64,000 nt of DNA from Eledone cirrhosa (taxonomy: Eukaryota), in assembly GCA_964016885.1 (NCBI GenBank), contig OZ024741.1:370450001-370514000 (forward strand), given 5' to 3'. The notes below the pieces were generated by a model. It had not been told where the DNA came from and did not search any database. It saw only the letters and a program-made list of their open reading frames with translations. The stretch's first letter is position 1. The number at the start of each line of letters is the position of its first letter. Below are positions 1-11,913 of this stretch, piece by piece. Position numbers and translations under genes: made by a program.

Positions 1-592
1 GGTGGTGATAGTAGTGTTAGTGTAGCTGGCAGTGGTGGTGGTGGTGATAGTAGAGATGGCGGTGGTGGTGGTGGTGGTGATAGTAGTGTTAGTGTAGCTG
101 GCAGTGGTGGTGGTGGTGATAGTAGTGTTAGTGTAGCTGGCAGTGGTGGTGGTGGTGATAGTAGTGTTAGTGTAGCTGGCAGTGGTGGTGGTGGTGATAG
201 TAGTGTTAGTGTAGCTGGCAGTGGTGGTGGTGATAGTAGTGTTAGTGTAGCTGGCAGTGGTGGTGGTGATAGTAGTGATGGCGGTGGTGGTGGTGGTGAT
301 AGTAGAGATGGCGGTGGTGGTGGTGGTGATAGTAGAGATGGCGGTGGTGGTGGTGGTGATAGTAGAGATGGCGGTGGTGGTGGTGGTGATAGTAGAGATG
401 GCGGTGGTGGTGGTGGTGATAGTAGAGATGGCGGTGGTGGTGGTGATAGTAGAGATGACGGTGGTGGTGGTGATAGTAGAGATGGCGATGGTGGTGGTGA
501 TAGTAGAGATGGCGGTGGTGGTGGTGATAGTCGAGATGGCGGTGGTGGTGGTGGTGATAGTAGTGATAATAGAGATGGCGGTGGTGGTGGTG
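1..592. repeat. GGT-based compound minisatellite (about 39-bp and 27-30-bp units)
   Basis: Tandem units gtagtgttagtgtagctggcagtggtggtggtggtgata, then gtagagatggcggtggtggtggtggtgata. Confidence 0.95.
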
Positions 593-606
593 TAATACAC
601 ACTCAA

Positions 607-643
<37 letters not shown>

Positions 644-720
644 TATACAACAAGGCAGTACAGCATAATCGAAGCTCTGGTTATATATATATATATACAA
701 TATATATATATATATATATT

Positions 721-801
<81 letters not shown>

Positions 802-852
802 CGAAGACGATGATTGACAAGGCTTAATAAATCGTCCTTGTATAATTATTGT

Positions 853-991
853 CGGCCCTTGTGGCCAGTCTTTACAGACAGAGTTCAGATCCCGCCGAGG
901 TTAACTTTGCCTTTCATCCTTACGGGGTCGATAAAATAAATTACCAGTAATGTACTGGGTATTTGCTGGCCTTGTGCCTAAAGTAGAAACA

Positions 992-996
<5 letters not shown>
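853..996 (+). mobile_element. tRNA-derived SINE family 1 (MetaSINE-like core), 5'-truncated
   Basis: B-box gagttcagatccc, core gaggttaactttgcctttcatccttacggggtcgataaaataaa, tail gctggccttgtgcc..gtagaaacaatt(att)n shared with more than 15 copies in the window. Confidence 0.85.
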
Positions 997-1045
<49 letters not shown>

Positions 1046-1264
1046 GGGCGGTGGATTTGGCAGTATCGGTAGAGGGTCTGACACCATGCTTTGCAGCAAA
1101 GAGTTACGGCCCTTTATGGTCTGAGTTCAAATCCCGCCGAGGTTAACTTTGCCTTTCATCCTTACGGGGTCGATAAAATAAAGTACCAGTAATGTACCAG
1201 TAAAGTACCAGTAATGCACTGGGTAATTGGTGGCCTTGTGCCAAAAGTAGAAACAATTATTATT
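1046..1264 (+). mobile_element. tRNA-derived SINE family 1 (MetaSINE-like core), near full length
   Basis: A-box-like tggcagtatcggt, B-box gagttcaaatccc, core gcctttcatccttacggggtcgataaaataaagtaccag resembling the MetaSINE domain, ATT tail. Confidence 0.88.
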
Positions 1265-1370
1265 ACACTCTGCCTAGCTCTACACCTCGCTACAGACGTG
1301 AACCTAAACATCGAGTGCTCACCTGGGTGAACCTGCTGTAACTTCACCTTACACTCCCTGGAGTATATAT

Positions 1371-1442
<72 letters not shown>

Positions 1443-1898
1443 CTCCTTCCCTAACGGGAAAACCTTCTCGTGAAATGCACAAGGCATACTCCTGACATAA
1501 TTCTCATTGGTTCTGTGTGACACAGGATTTGACACTGCTGGTCCTCTGCATTAGAGGTAACTCTATTTTTGTTTCTATTTGAATGAACTGGAGCCACATG
1601 AAATATAGTGTCTCGCTCATGAACACGGTGCGATGGTGGGATCCGAAATTGCGACATGGCGAACAGCCTGATCACTAGAACCTGCCATGTATCTCTCGAA
1701 TCCCATGCAACTGCGTTACCTTTTCCCCGTCTGTATTACGATGTTATACTATACAGTATATTTACACATCTTTCATTACCTGTAGAGGCAATATTTATTA
1801 GAATATTGTTGAAGTGTGTATATTTATACAACAGTCGATTGGTATAAATACAATACATTGTACATCCACATCTTTATCATTTAGCACTATACAGTATA

Positions 1899-2043
1899 AG
1901 CTGGCGAATTAGCAGAATCGTGAGAATGTCTGCGAAGGTTGATTTGCGATATTCGTTCCTGCTCTCTGCTCTCTGAGTTCAGATCCTGACGAGGTCAACC
2001 TTGACGTTCATCCTTTCGAGATGGATAACAAAAAGTACCAGTA
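1899..2043 (+). mobile_element. Diverged SINE family 1 copy
   Basis: tagcagaatcg...gagttcagatcctgacgaggtcaaccttgacgttcatcctttcgagatggataacaaaaagtaccagt. Confidence 0.7.
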
Positions 2044-3113
2044 CTCACTTCTTCTTTAACTCTCTAGCCTTCTCTTGATGAAGTCTGTTGTACTCAGACC
2101 CGAAGATGAGATGGGCTCCGCCAGGTTTAAATTAAAATTCATTAGAACCCCCTTTTGTCAATACGGAGCCCTTACGACTCCAATAGGATTTACGGGTCGA
2201 AATTGAAAATGGACGTATGATGTTGTGCGACCGTGTAAAAGCTTGTTCCTATAATGGATTAGGCAGTGTGATCCTGAGTTAGATGGAGGCATGGTATCTT
2301 TTCATAAGAATATATGATTCCTCATTTACACACTACCCAATGATACTTTACTACGAGGCATTTTTAGATTTCTACATAAAACACATCGTTTTGTTTCACT
2401 CACATATTGTCTGCGTGGCTCTTGTATCATATACACTTGATGGGAAAATTATTATCCTGTTCTTTAAAATTCCGGATATAATTTGATAATATCTCTTCTG
2501 TTCCTAATAGTCTTGATGCACTTTGTTAATTTTCGAGTTAGTGGAGATGACTATACCTTAATATATATCGCTTCAAGCTTCATATAACTTATTAAGGGGA
2601 CAGGCATTTATATTTCTGCATGTACATATGACGTCAGATATATATTCCTTTGTTTTATATGTTAAGATGTTTCATGTTAGGAGTACAGCAATAAATCTCT
2701 TTTAGACAGTTTACATTAAAGAGTTTTATGTTGTGTTGCTTGATTAGAAATAGCTTAGCTATTTCGGCTAGACAGTGTTTAGTAAAAAAAGAACTAACGT
2801 TTATTGAAAACGGTGTGAATGTTCATATCTGCACACCTAGATGCATGTATGAGTACGCTGGTACACATGTGTGTGTCTCTTAGTGTGAAGGTCAGAGGAG
2901 ACAATATATATATAAGGGCATTTACGTGACAGAGCAATAAAAGTCAAACACGAGGTGATAATATCGTAGCTAAAATTCTTAACTAAGTCTGATGTGTTTG
3001 CACTAATCTAAAATTTATTACAGATTCTCGAGGAAGAAAAAGTAAGTTTTTAAAATTCCAGATGTTTCTTCCTTTTATATACGATTTCTTCACTTTTTTC
3101 ATCTTATGTCCGA

Positions 3114-3180
<67 letters not shown>

Positions 3181-3181
3181 G

Positions 3182-3239
<58 letters not shown>

Positions 3240-3317
3240 CATATGTGTTTATTTTCGTATTTTCGTGTATGTGATAAATATATATACATATGTCTATATA
3301 TATATTTATCTCTCTCT

Positions 3318-3418
<101 letters not shown>

Positions 3419-3751
3419 CTGTATTTATATATATAAGAATGCAAGAGAATTTATTTCATCTCAATATAGTGTTTCTTTTCAATTTATTTACTACTTGTTT
3501 ATATTTATTTCTCAGTTAACGTAATAGAGTAGTTGTATGTCACTGTATATACTCTCTCTCTCTCCCTCACACACACACACACATTTGTTTATATACATAT
3601 ATATATAGAGAGATGTATGGGTGTATGTGTTTACGAGTATATAATTATATAGAGAGATAGATATATACACAGATATACATACATACAAACATACATATAT
3701 GTATATGAGTGTGTGTGTCTTTGTGTGTGGATGTGTGGATGTATATATATT

Positions 3752-3853
<102 letters not shown>

Positions 3854-4276
3854 TGTACATAAATATATATATATACATACATATATACATATATACATAT
3901 ACATATATATGTATGTATACATGTATGTATTATGTATGTATGTGTGTATGAGTGCATCTTGTTATGAGTACATGTATAAATGTATATAAAGAAAGAGCGA
4001 GTGTTGATATAAACACCACACAATGACACCTCATTGGTAAAGGTAACGTTTTAAAATTCTTCAGCCATTTTATAACAGTAATAAATGTATTGTCACACAT
4101 GCACTTACATAGACATTCATGTACACAAGCACGCGGACACACACATAGATATTTATATATGGATATGTTAAAGAGCATATCTATATAATATTTATGCCTA
4201 AGCCAGTGATCTAAGATAAATTTTAATGCATATATAACTACAGTTTGTATCGAAGTATATTCTCTGCAACATGTGT

Positions 4277-4396
<120 letters not shown>

Positions 4397-4470
4397 AACT
4401 AGATATACACTCGGAGTTTACCTGAACTTCCACTGATATTTTCTTTGCTTCTTGCATTATTTAAATATAT

Positions 4471-4597
4471 ATGAAAGGCAAAGTTAACCTCAAATCCCGT
4501 CGAGGTTAACTTTGCCTTTCATAAGTCGATAAAATAAAACACCAGTAATACATTGGGATAATTGCTGGCCTTGTGCCAAAAGTAAAAACAATTATTT
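4471..4597 (+). mobile_element. SINE family 1 fragment with 5' inverted duplication
   Basis: atgaaaggcaaagttaacctc (4471-4491) is the reverse complement of gaggttaactttgcctttcat (4502-4522); the SINE tail follows. Confidence 0.8.
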
Positions 4598-4740
4598 AAA
4601 TATACCACGATTCTCTATCACTTTTCCTCTACTATAATCTTCTTAAACCACCATCTTTTTCTCACTCCCACCCTAGTACCTTCAACATTTTTTTCAATTC
4701 CGCCCCACCTGTCCCTTCAATCTATCTAATTTCTCATTCT

Positions 4741-4866
4741 TTCTTCTAATGAAGGACTATCGTCCGAAACATTAAGACCCTCTTCCTGCTATTTCAAGTG
4801 TTAACTTAATATATTCCTTCCATATACTGTACCGATTATGTTGTTATTTCTGTTTACCTTTTACAT
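4741..4866 (+). mobile_element. PLE pLTR 3' end with degenerate minimal hammerhead
   Basis: ctaatga-a-ggac(tatc)gtcc-gaaa-cat-ta-aga. The downstream sequence ...gttatttctgtttaccttttaca recurs at 44915-45016 (-) and 36515-36542. Confidence 0.6.
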
Positions 4867-4872
4867 ACATGC

Positions 4873-4938
<66 letters not shown>

Positions 4939-5028
4939 AAGGAATTGTGGTAAGGAACCAAATGGACCATAACGCACCAGAGTACTCAATACTTAGGGTA
5001 GTAGAGTGAGAAATAGGAAAAAGTATGA

Positions 5029-5122
5029 CCCCGACGGCAGAGCTCAAGCCGTTTCGACGGCTATTTCTGGATTAAATTAGAATTTTTAGCCTGGTGAATG
5101 AATAGCCGAACTTTTCAAGGGG
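5029..5122 (-). ncRNA. Type I hammerhead ribozyme, U3:A8 core variant
   Basis: cccc-TTGAAAA-g..cggctatt...aatagccg.c-GAAA-cggc(ttgagctct)gccgTC-gggg; all three stems form and the cleavage triplet is GUC. Confidence 0.8.
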
Positions 5123-6044
5123 GTACTTCCTTATATGGGAAGATTGTAGTTGTCAAGAGGATTGGTTAAAATTTGGTCTATCATGGCATTTGGAGGGAGG
5201 TAGGTGTGGCTGAACCTGCCTGTAGAACAATAAGGGAGTGAGTGGAGCGGTCAAGCGTTGAAAGTGATATGTATACATCAGATTCTAAGGATAGTGTATG
5301 AAGTGGGGGAGGGAGGTTATAGAATAGGTAAATCGAAAGAGAGTAGGAGACAATACTAGAAAGAAATTAAAAAAAATATATATATATAAAATTAGATAGT
5401 GAGAAATGAATAAAGAAATCACAATGCTATCTTACAATTACAGGTTAATAAGTTGACTCCTCGAAAAACACTTCCCACTACAACACTGCTACCACAACAT
5501 AATCAACAAAAACACCATCAAACTCTCCTACAGCACCACACCTAACTTCGCACAAAACATCGTCTCCTCAAACAACAAAAAACTCAACCCCTATGGAAGA
5601 AATAACCTAGACATCAGTGGAGAGCCGACCAGGAGGTGTAACTCTTTAAGTTTGTATCTGTTTTGTAATTTCTATAAGTTTTTTCTATTCTCAACTTATT
5701 AACCTGTAATTGTAAGATAGCATTGTGATTTCTTTATTCATTTCTCACTATCTAATTTTATATATATATATTTTTTTTTTATTTCTAGTATCTTTTATTG
5801 TCTCCTACTCTCATTCGATTTACCTATTCTATAACCTCCCTCCCCCACTTCATACACTATCCTTAGAATCTGATGTATACATATCACTTTCAACGCTTCA
5901 CCGCTCCACTCACTCCCCTATTGTTCTACAGGCAAGTTTAGCCACCCCTACCTCCTACCAAATGCCATGATAGACTTATTTGTGTTTACAACAAATTTTA
6001 ACGAATCCTCTTGACAACTACAATCTCCCCATATAAGGAAGTAC

Positions 6045-6138
6045 CCCCTTGAAAAGTTCGGCTATTTATTCACCAGGCTAAAAATTCTAATTTAGTCCAG
6101 AAATAGCCGTCGAAACGGCTTGAGCTCTGCTGTCGAGG
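6045..6138 (+). ncRNA. Type I hammerhead ribozyme, U3:A8 core variant (inverted copy)
   Basis: ttgaaaa 6049-6055, gaaa 6112-6115, stem III acggc/gctgt, GTC 6132-6134; one stem I mismatch. Confidence 0.75.
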
Positions 6139-6199
6139 TCATACTTTTTCCTATATATATATATATATATATAGAAGGGTAAGGTATTGTCGAGACAAA

Positions 6200-7292
6200 T
6201 GTATCCACATCATGTCTGTTTCTACAAATTATATATGCGCAATGGTATAAACCTAGAGCAATTCGATATTGCGCAGCAACCATTCCATTATTGTTTGATG
6301 ATAGATATTGTTTGGAGATGTTGATGTGTAAGTTAGCCTGCAGCGAATGTTTGGCCAGTACATTCAGAAAGTCTTGCAGATCAGTTCTAGAGTAACTCAT
6401 AATGGCCAGATTGTCTGCATAGCTAAGATTTCATAGGATTTTACCTCCTATTTGATAGCCAGAGGAGCATTCTTCTTCAGTTTGGTAGATAAGTGCAGCT
6501 ATAACTATACAGAAAAGAAGTGCTGATAGTACATCCCTCTGCTTAACTCCCTTCAAGATGTCTATACAGCGTGTAGTTCCCAAGTTTCTTTTTACATATG
6601 CTGTTGAGTTGGTGTAAGTTTCTTTCAATAGGTTGATGTATTTTTTGATAATTGAGGTCTTGTTTAAGAGTTGCCAAAAGCTGGGTAGTTTCATGTTGTC
6701 AAAAGCTTTTGTGAAATCAATGAAGGTTATGTGCACAGGTTGTTGAATTCTATTTCTCAATGATTTGTTCAATATCTAGGATCTGCTCCTTGGTGCCTCT
6801 TCCGGGTTGATACGTGGCTTGTGTTTCAGGTTGGGAAGCTTTCAACAAGAACAAGGATGTACTAACATCAAAACGAGTTTCCTATCATTTGAAGGCTAAA
6901 ATCCAGTTGTGTTATATGGTCTTGACATTCCAGAACCACATCATGAGACTTATGACTGGTAAGCGGCTCAGCGACCGTATCTGCATCAGTGAGCTGCTCA
7001 ACATTACCAAACTTAAACCAATTACATCAGATGTCAAGTCAAGAGTACTCAACTATACGGCCATATAAAAAGATCAACTCGTGGTGTGAGTAGGTTATAT
7101 CTGGAAGGAAGGTTGGCTGGTAGGAGAAGCAGAGGCCGGCAGCCAAAACGACGTCTTGACAATGTTAACTTGTGGACTGGACTTGATCTTTGCTCTTTAA
7201 AATCTGCTGCTGGTGATCGAACTTTGTGGGGAGAGATATCACATGTTGATGCGTAGTCTGCAACTGGCGGAGTTTAGTGTCACAAGAAGAAT
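6200..7292 (+). pseudogene. RTE-like LINE reverse transcriptase relic with internal inversion (6250-6832 on - strand)
   Basis: - strand reads PETQATYQPGRG, FIDFTKAFD, GVKQRDVLSALLF, LSYADNL, RIALG. + strand continues WEAF...LEGRLAGRRSRGR. Stops and frameshifts present; ends in aagaagaa. Confidence 0.85.
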
Positions 7293-7370
7293 GGTATAAA
7301 AAGATCTGAGAGAAAAGATGTTATAAGATCGATTCTTACCATCCACACATATACATACACACATATTTAA

Positions 7371-7408
<38 letters not shown>

Positions 7409-7507
7409 CTATTATTTCAAGCGTTAACTAACATAATTCTTCATTGTACCCTGTCATTTGCTTCGTTATTTCTGTTTAATGCTTGCACCCGCCCCTCCAT
7501 ATATATA

Positions 7508-7856
7508 GTGTGGAGGCACATGGCTTAGTGGTTAGAGCATTGGCCTTGCAATCGAAAGGTTGTGAGTTCAATTCTCAGACCGGGTGATGTGTTGTTTCCT
7601 TGAGCAAGACACTTTATTTCACATTGCTCCAGTTTACTCAGCTGTAGAAATGAGGTGATAGGGACTTGAGTCCCTATCATTCCACTGCAAAGTGGTCGTG
7701 GAGGTGCCACGGCAAAAAAGCACCCAGCACTCACTGTAAATGAAGTTGGTGTTAGGAAGGGCATCCAGCTGTAGAAATCAAGCCAGAATTGGTTCCCGTC
7801 CCACCCTTGCAAGCAGGGAAAAGTGGATGTAAAATGAAATGATGATGATGAAATGA

Positions 7857-7860
<4 letters not shown>
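7508..7860 (+). mobile_element. tRNA-derived SINE family 2 (CORE-like centre, RTE-derived 3' end)
   Basis: A-box tggcttagtggt, B-box gagttcaattc, ccttgagcaagacacttt. The 3' part cactgtaaat..gttggtgttaggaagggcatccagctgtagaaa plus (GAT)n tail matches the RTE 3'UTR at 58170-58457. Confidence 0.85.
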
Positions 7861-7931
<71 letters not shown>

Positions 7932-8958
7932 TGTATATATATGTGTGTATGTATGTATGTATATACTAATTTAAAGTATCGTAACATATATAATATGTAT
8001 GATGAATATTTTTTAATTTGAATTATTGATGTTCTGGACAAACTTCCACTGAGATTTTCTGCCGAGAAACACATTTATCATACATATTATATATTTTGAT
8101 ACTTTAAATTAGTATATATCTGCTCCAAATTCTTAATTTATTGAGCTGTTTGTGCTGTGACTGATACAGTCAAACGAAATATATAAACCTAAAAGGAAGA
8201 GATATTGAATAACAATAGATTCCTCAGCTATGAGGTAAATCATGAGAATTAAACAATTAAGTTACCCAAATTTCTAAGTTTATATCTCTTTTATTGGAAA
8301 GAGATTGTTTGGTGGACGCGATTGAAAGGGTTGAAGACAAGTACTTCCCTCTTGGTTGAAGACAAGTACTTCCCTCTTGGGCCCTCATTAACGTTTCAAG
8401 TTCTACTTGAAGAAAATCATGATGGAGAGGGAAGTTTTGCCTTTCAGCTACTTTGTTGAAAGTTGGTTAAGAATGGTGAGCATAGCCCGAGTGAACGGGC
8501 CTCTCCTGAGTAGTTGGCAGTAAATAGGAGCAGAACTAAGAGAAGGCACTTGTTCAAGCAGTCAGAACAACCGTAGTTTTATGTGTGTTTTTTCATTGTG
8601 TAGCCCTTTTTTCTATTGAGAAATACTCTTTATTATCATTTTATTGTTACCTCCCCTTTATTTTCATTTTAACTGTTTAGATGCAACACCCACACACTCA
8701 CTCACACACATAACACACACACATACACGCACACGCACATATACACACAAACACAGACATACGCACACACACAAACACACACACACACACATACACACAC
8801 ACAATGTTTTGTTCTGTGTCGTCCTTAATGTTTTCTTCATGTAAACCCTTAGTTATTAGTAAAGACATTTTTTTTTCTTGGAGTCTCAGTCATTGATGTT
8901 ATTTAACTGGAAGGTTTGTTCAAATGAACATCAAGTGGTTACATGCAACCTTAAATAT

Positions 8959-9535
8959 TTAGGACGTATCGGAGGGTTCTTGATGTTCCCAGTAAGCATG
9001 CTTTTGAAGTGTTCCAAAAAAGGGGGCTGGACTAATGTTCTTTAACAATACTTGAAAACTCCTCGAGATAGTTCCTAGTGCTCCTGTGACAATAGGGACG
9101 ACCTTGATCTCATGACAATCCCAAATTCTTTTAAACTCCCACTTTAAATCGTGGTATCGGTTAATTTTCTCCTTCTTTTCTTGCACTCTTGTGTCAAAGG
9201 GGCGGGGGTACATTTACAATCAGGCACGATATTTTTTCCTTGTCAAAAACCACCAGGTCAGGTCTATTGTGTTCTAATTTCTTGTCCGTCTGTATCCTAA
9301 AATCCCATAGCACCTTCACTCGATCGTTTTCTATCACCGACTCTGGCTTATGCTCATACCACTTCGCAGAATGTGGTAAATTATTTAGTTTGCATAAATG
9401 CCAGTGAATTAGCTTTCCTATTTTATCGTGCCTCCACCCTTATAGTGAATCTGGGCTAGGTGGTCACACTCGGATACGATGTGATCCACAGTTTCCTCTC
9501 TCTCTCCCCGTAGATGTTACAGAGTGGGCTAGCCT
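8959..9535 (-). pseudogene. R4/Dong-like non-LTR element C-terminus (CCHC finger plus restriction-like endonuclease)
   Basis: - strand: ETVDHIVSEC, WRHDKIGKLIHW, VLWDFRIQTD, HNRPDLVV, EKINRYHDL, VPIVTGALG; frameshifted. Confidence 0.85.
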
Positions 9536-10079
9536 ACTCCATTTCCATATGGTGTTTCACTCACTTCGTTCTGAGGGTTTGTGCATCGTGTCTTGACACA
9601 ACGATTTAAATTGATCCGTAAGTTTGTCCCATTTTTACATTGTTAGCCAACTTATCTTCTTGAACATTTGTTACAGTTTTGTAGTTAAACTAACCAGTGT
9701 TTAATAAAAACTAACCAAACTAAGACAAATGGAGGTGCTGACAGAAACGCAAAACATGACTGTCACCTATAATCGCGTGTCCAGACACAAAACGACCGGA
9801 GCCAACAAATGAGACAGAAGTTGAAAGATCACTGAAGGCAATGCCTGACGTTCTACTTACTATGAGGTCCAGGCAGTGCTTTTTAACAGTGAAGTTCTGG
9901 CAGTGAAACACTCTGTGGTTCCCTGTCGGAGCGATAAGTATATCCTGTATCCTGCTTATCTGGGGAGAAAGAGGTCAAGTCTACAGTGACCGGGTTAGCA
10001 CATTAGTGAAGCACCAGTTGACAGGGACAGTTGTCAATAAGAGGTGATAGGGCGCTCTTGAGAGAGCAATTAGAATAGA

Positions 10080-10420
10080 ATCAATAGTATTTAGTAAAGA
10101 AGTAGTGATAGGAGAATAGAAAGGAAAGCGGGGCTAGTAGCTAAATTTGAAGAGGTGATTAAAAGTGGCATTGCAACCGAAATGCTAGCTGCGAGAATGG
10201 CACTGGACCATTTCTTGAATGCAAAACATAAAGGTTGCGTTATGAGAGCTAAGAAACGAGGGCAAGAAGTTTTTCGATGGACCCGAGTGGCAGAGGCGCA
10301 GCGTGGCAACAAAGCCACAATTCCGTCAATGGTGCACCGTGACTGGCGCGTGCTGGTCAATACAAAGTAGATGTGTGCGGCAGCTTTTCGGCAGCCCTTT
10401 GTGCCACTGTTCGGGATGAG
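10080..10420 (+). pseudogene. Possible L1/Tx1-like ORF2 fragment
   Basis: KHKGCVMRAKK...EAQRGNKATIPSM resembles the inter-domain region of Tx1-type ORF2; no catalytic motif is present. Confidence 0.3.
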
Positions 10421-10632
10421 TGGGAGTCAGATATTCTGTCCCAACCTTTAAGTTCCCATTTCTCGTCCACTCACATGTGCTAATTTTATCACCATGGTCA
10501 CCCATTTCTCGGATAGCTTCACCCTGTATTCCATTACCCCTCTGCATATCAAGCTTCCCTTCACATGTCTTCTTTTTCTACTCCTCTTCCATACAATTTA
10601 CAATAAAGATATATATTAGTTTAACGCATGAT

Positions 10633-10665
10633 ATAACATTTCGGACGTTAGTCCTTCACCAGACC
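10633..10665 (-). ncRNA. Degenerate minimal hammerhead
   Basis: ctggtga-a-ggac(taac)gtcc-gaaa-tgt-ta; same stem II as the copy at 4746; core mutated. Confidence 0.45.
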
Positions 10666-11319
10666 CAGAAATAAAACAAGAAACAGAAAGGTAGAAGTGA
10701 ACGAGAATTGTGTTTAGTCAGCCATTATATACAACCATATATATGCAATGATACTTACATGTGTATACAAATATACACACATATATATACTAACATACAT
10801 GTGTGTGTGTATATGCGCGTGTTTGAGGGCATATATGTGTGTGTATTTATGTGTATAGTGTATGTGCGTGTTTGTGTATTTAACCTGTTCACTTATCACT
10901 GGTTGCTTCTTATGAGTATTTTGCAGTACCATACCATTACACCACCACTGCGTCTTTGCACCTCTCCACCACTTCACTAAATCACTGCACCTTGTGACGC
11001 TATATTAAATATGCTGATTGTTTTAAAATGTCTAAACTTAAAAGTTTAAACCCCAAATTCTGCCTATTTATGTTAATTCAACTTTTAATTCAACTGTACA
11101 AAAATTATAGTTCATACACAACGTTATATTTGATGCAATCTTTCAAGTACATCATCGTAGAGATTTATTCAATTATACAAGTGAAACCGTTTGATATTTC
11201 AACTGTAGTAATTATATTATAGAAGTTTTTACACTCTTCTAATATCATCTAATATATCATATACTGCGGAATTTAGATTCGTCATCTTGTGATTTCTTAC
11301 TTTAAGCTTTATGATGAAG

Positions 11320-11460
11320 CCAAATGATTTAGTGGATAGGGCGTTCGTCGTGCGATCATAAGGTCTTTGGTTCGATTCCTGAACCAGATGGCGGGTTGTA
11401 TTGTTGAGCAAAACGTTTCATTTTATATTGCTTTTCATAAGACTGGAGTCCCTATCATTA
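11320..11460 (+). mobile_element. Diverged SINE family 2 copy
   Basis: atttagtggataggg, ggttcgattcc, ttgagcaaaac, gagtccctatcatt as in the copy at 7508. Confidence 0.65.
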
Positions 11461-11597
11461 AAATACCGAGCAACGTCCTGTGATATACAACCTCGTAGAA
11501 CGCCTGCTAAACCCACATTGCTTTTAGCTGTAAATCTCATTTTAATTTTATTTCACTTCACTTCTATTTAGTGCCAAATATCGTTTGACTTATTGGT

Positions 11598-11860
11598 CAT
11601 CAGTGATCTACTAGCCATCATAAGTTATTAAAGAGAGACAGGTAAACAAACACGAATGGTGAGGCAACGTAAAGGGGTTGCCTCACCATTCGTGTTTGTT
11701 TACCTGTCTCTCTTTCTCCACCCAATTCTTTTTATCCCAATAACTTATTTAGTTATTGTTCGCGCTAGCCTGAGGTATCTGGTCTTTAATGCGAAGAAAT
11801 ACCTATGATGGCTAGTAGATCACTGACGATGGATAGTCCTATTTCTAATTCTTCATTGTA

Positions 11861-11865
<5 letters not shown>
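11598..11865. mobile_element. PLE pLTR fragment with inverted duplication
   Basis: Inverted arms aaagagagacaggtaaacaaacacgaatggtgaggcaac / gttgcctcacc...ctttc; homologous to 54530-54730 (-); ends in (TA)n. Confidence 0.75.
11733..11835 (+). ncRNA. Candidate non-circularly permuted (pseudoknotted) hammerhead ribozyme, copy X
   Basis: Stem III aggtat/atacct with GAA 11796-11798 and C17 at 11779; stem I tggtct/agatca directly before CTGACGA 11823-11829; extra helices covary with the copies at 45.1 kb and 54.6 kb. Confidence 0.75.

Positions 11866-11913
<48 letters not shown>

Larger units (their letters stand above)
4937..6152. mobile_element. Penelope-like element remnant with inverted pLTRs (family A)
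   Basis: Arms about 5014-5456 and 5691-6152 are inverted repeats, and both ends of the element lie in (TA)n. The spacer 5457-5590 (+) translates LLEKHFPLQHCYHNIINKNTIKLSYSTTPNFAQNI, matching ILEKNFPPNHKYHQILNRSTVKFSYS in the PLE ORF at 28741. Confidence 0.85.

Noticed and set aside
7508-7585. tRNA genes at SINE heads (also 1046, 11320, 27240)
   Set aside because: A/B boxes are present but there is no complete cloverleaf, and the sequence continues into SINE bodies.
8300-8580. Possible CR1-like LINE 3' remnant on the - strand
   Set aside because: Too degenerate to support by eye.
11759-11829. Twister, pistol, HDV or C/D snoRNA readings of the pseudoknotted motif
   Set aside because: Helix order and conserved nucleotides do not fit those classes; the atgatg box-C-like word is absent in copy Z, whereas the hammerhead core fits all three copies.
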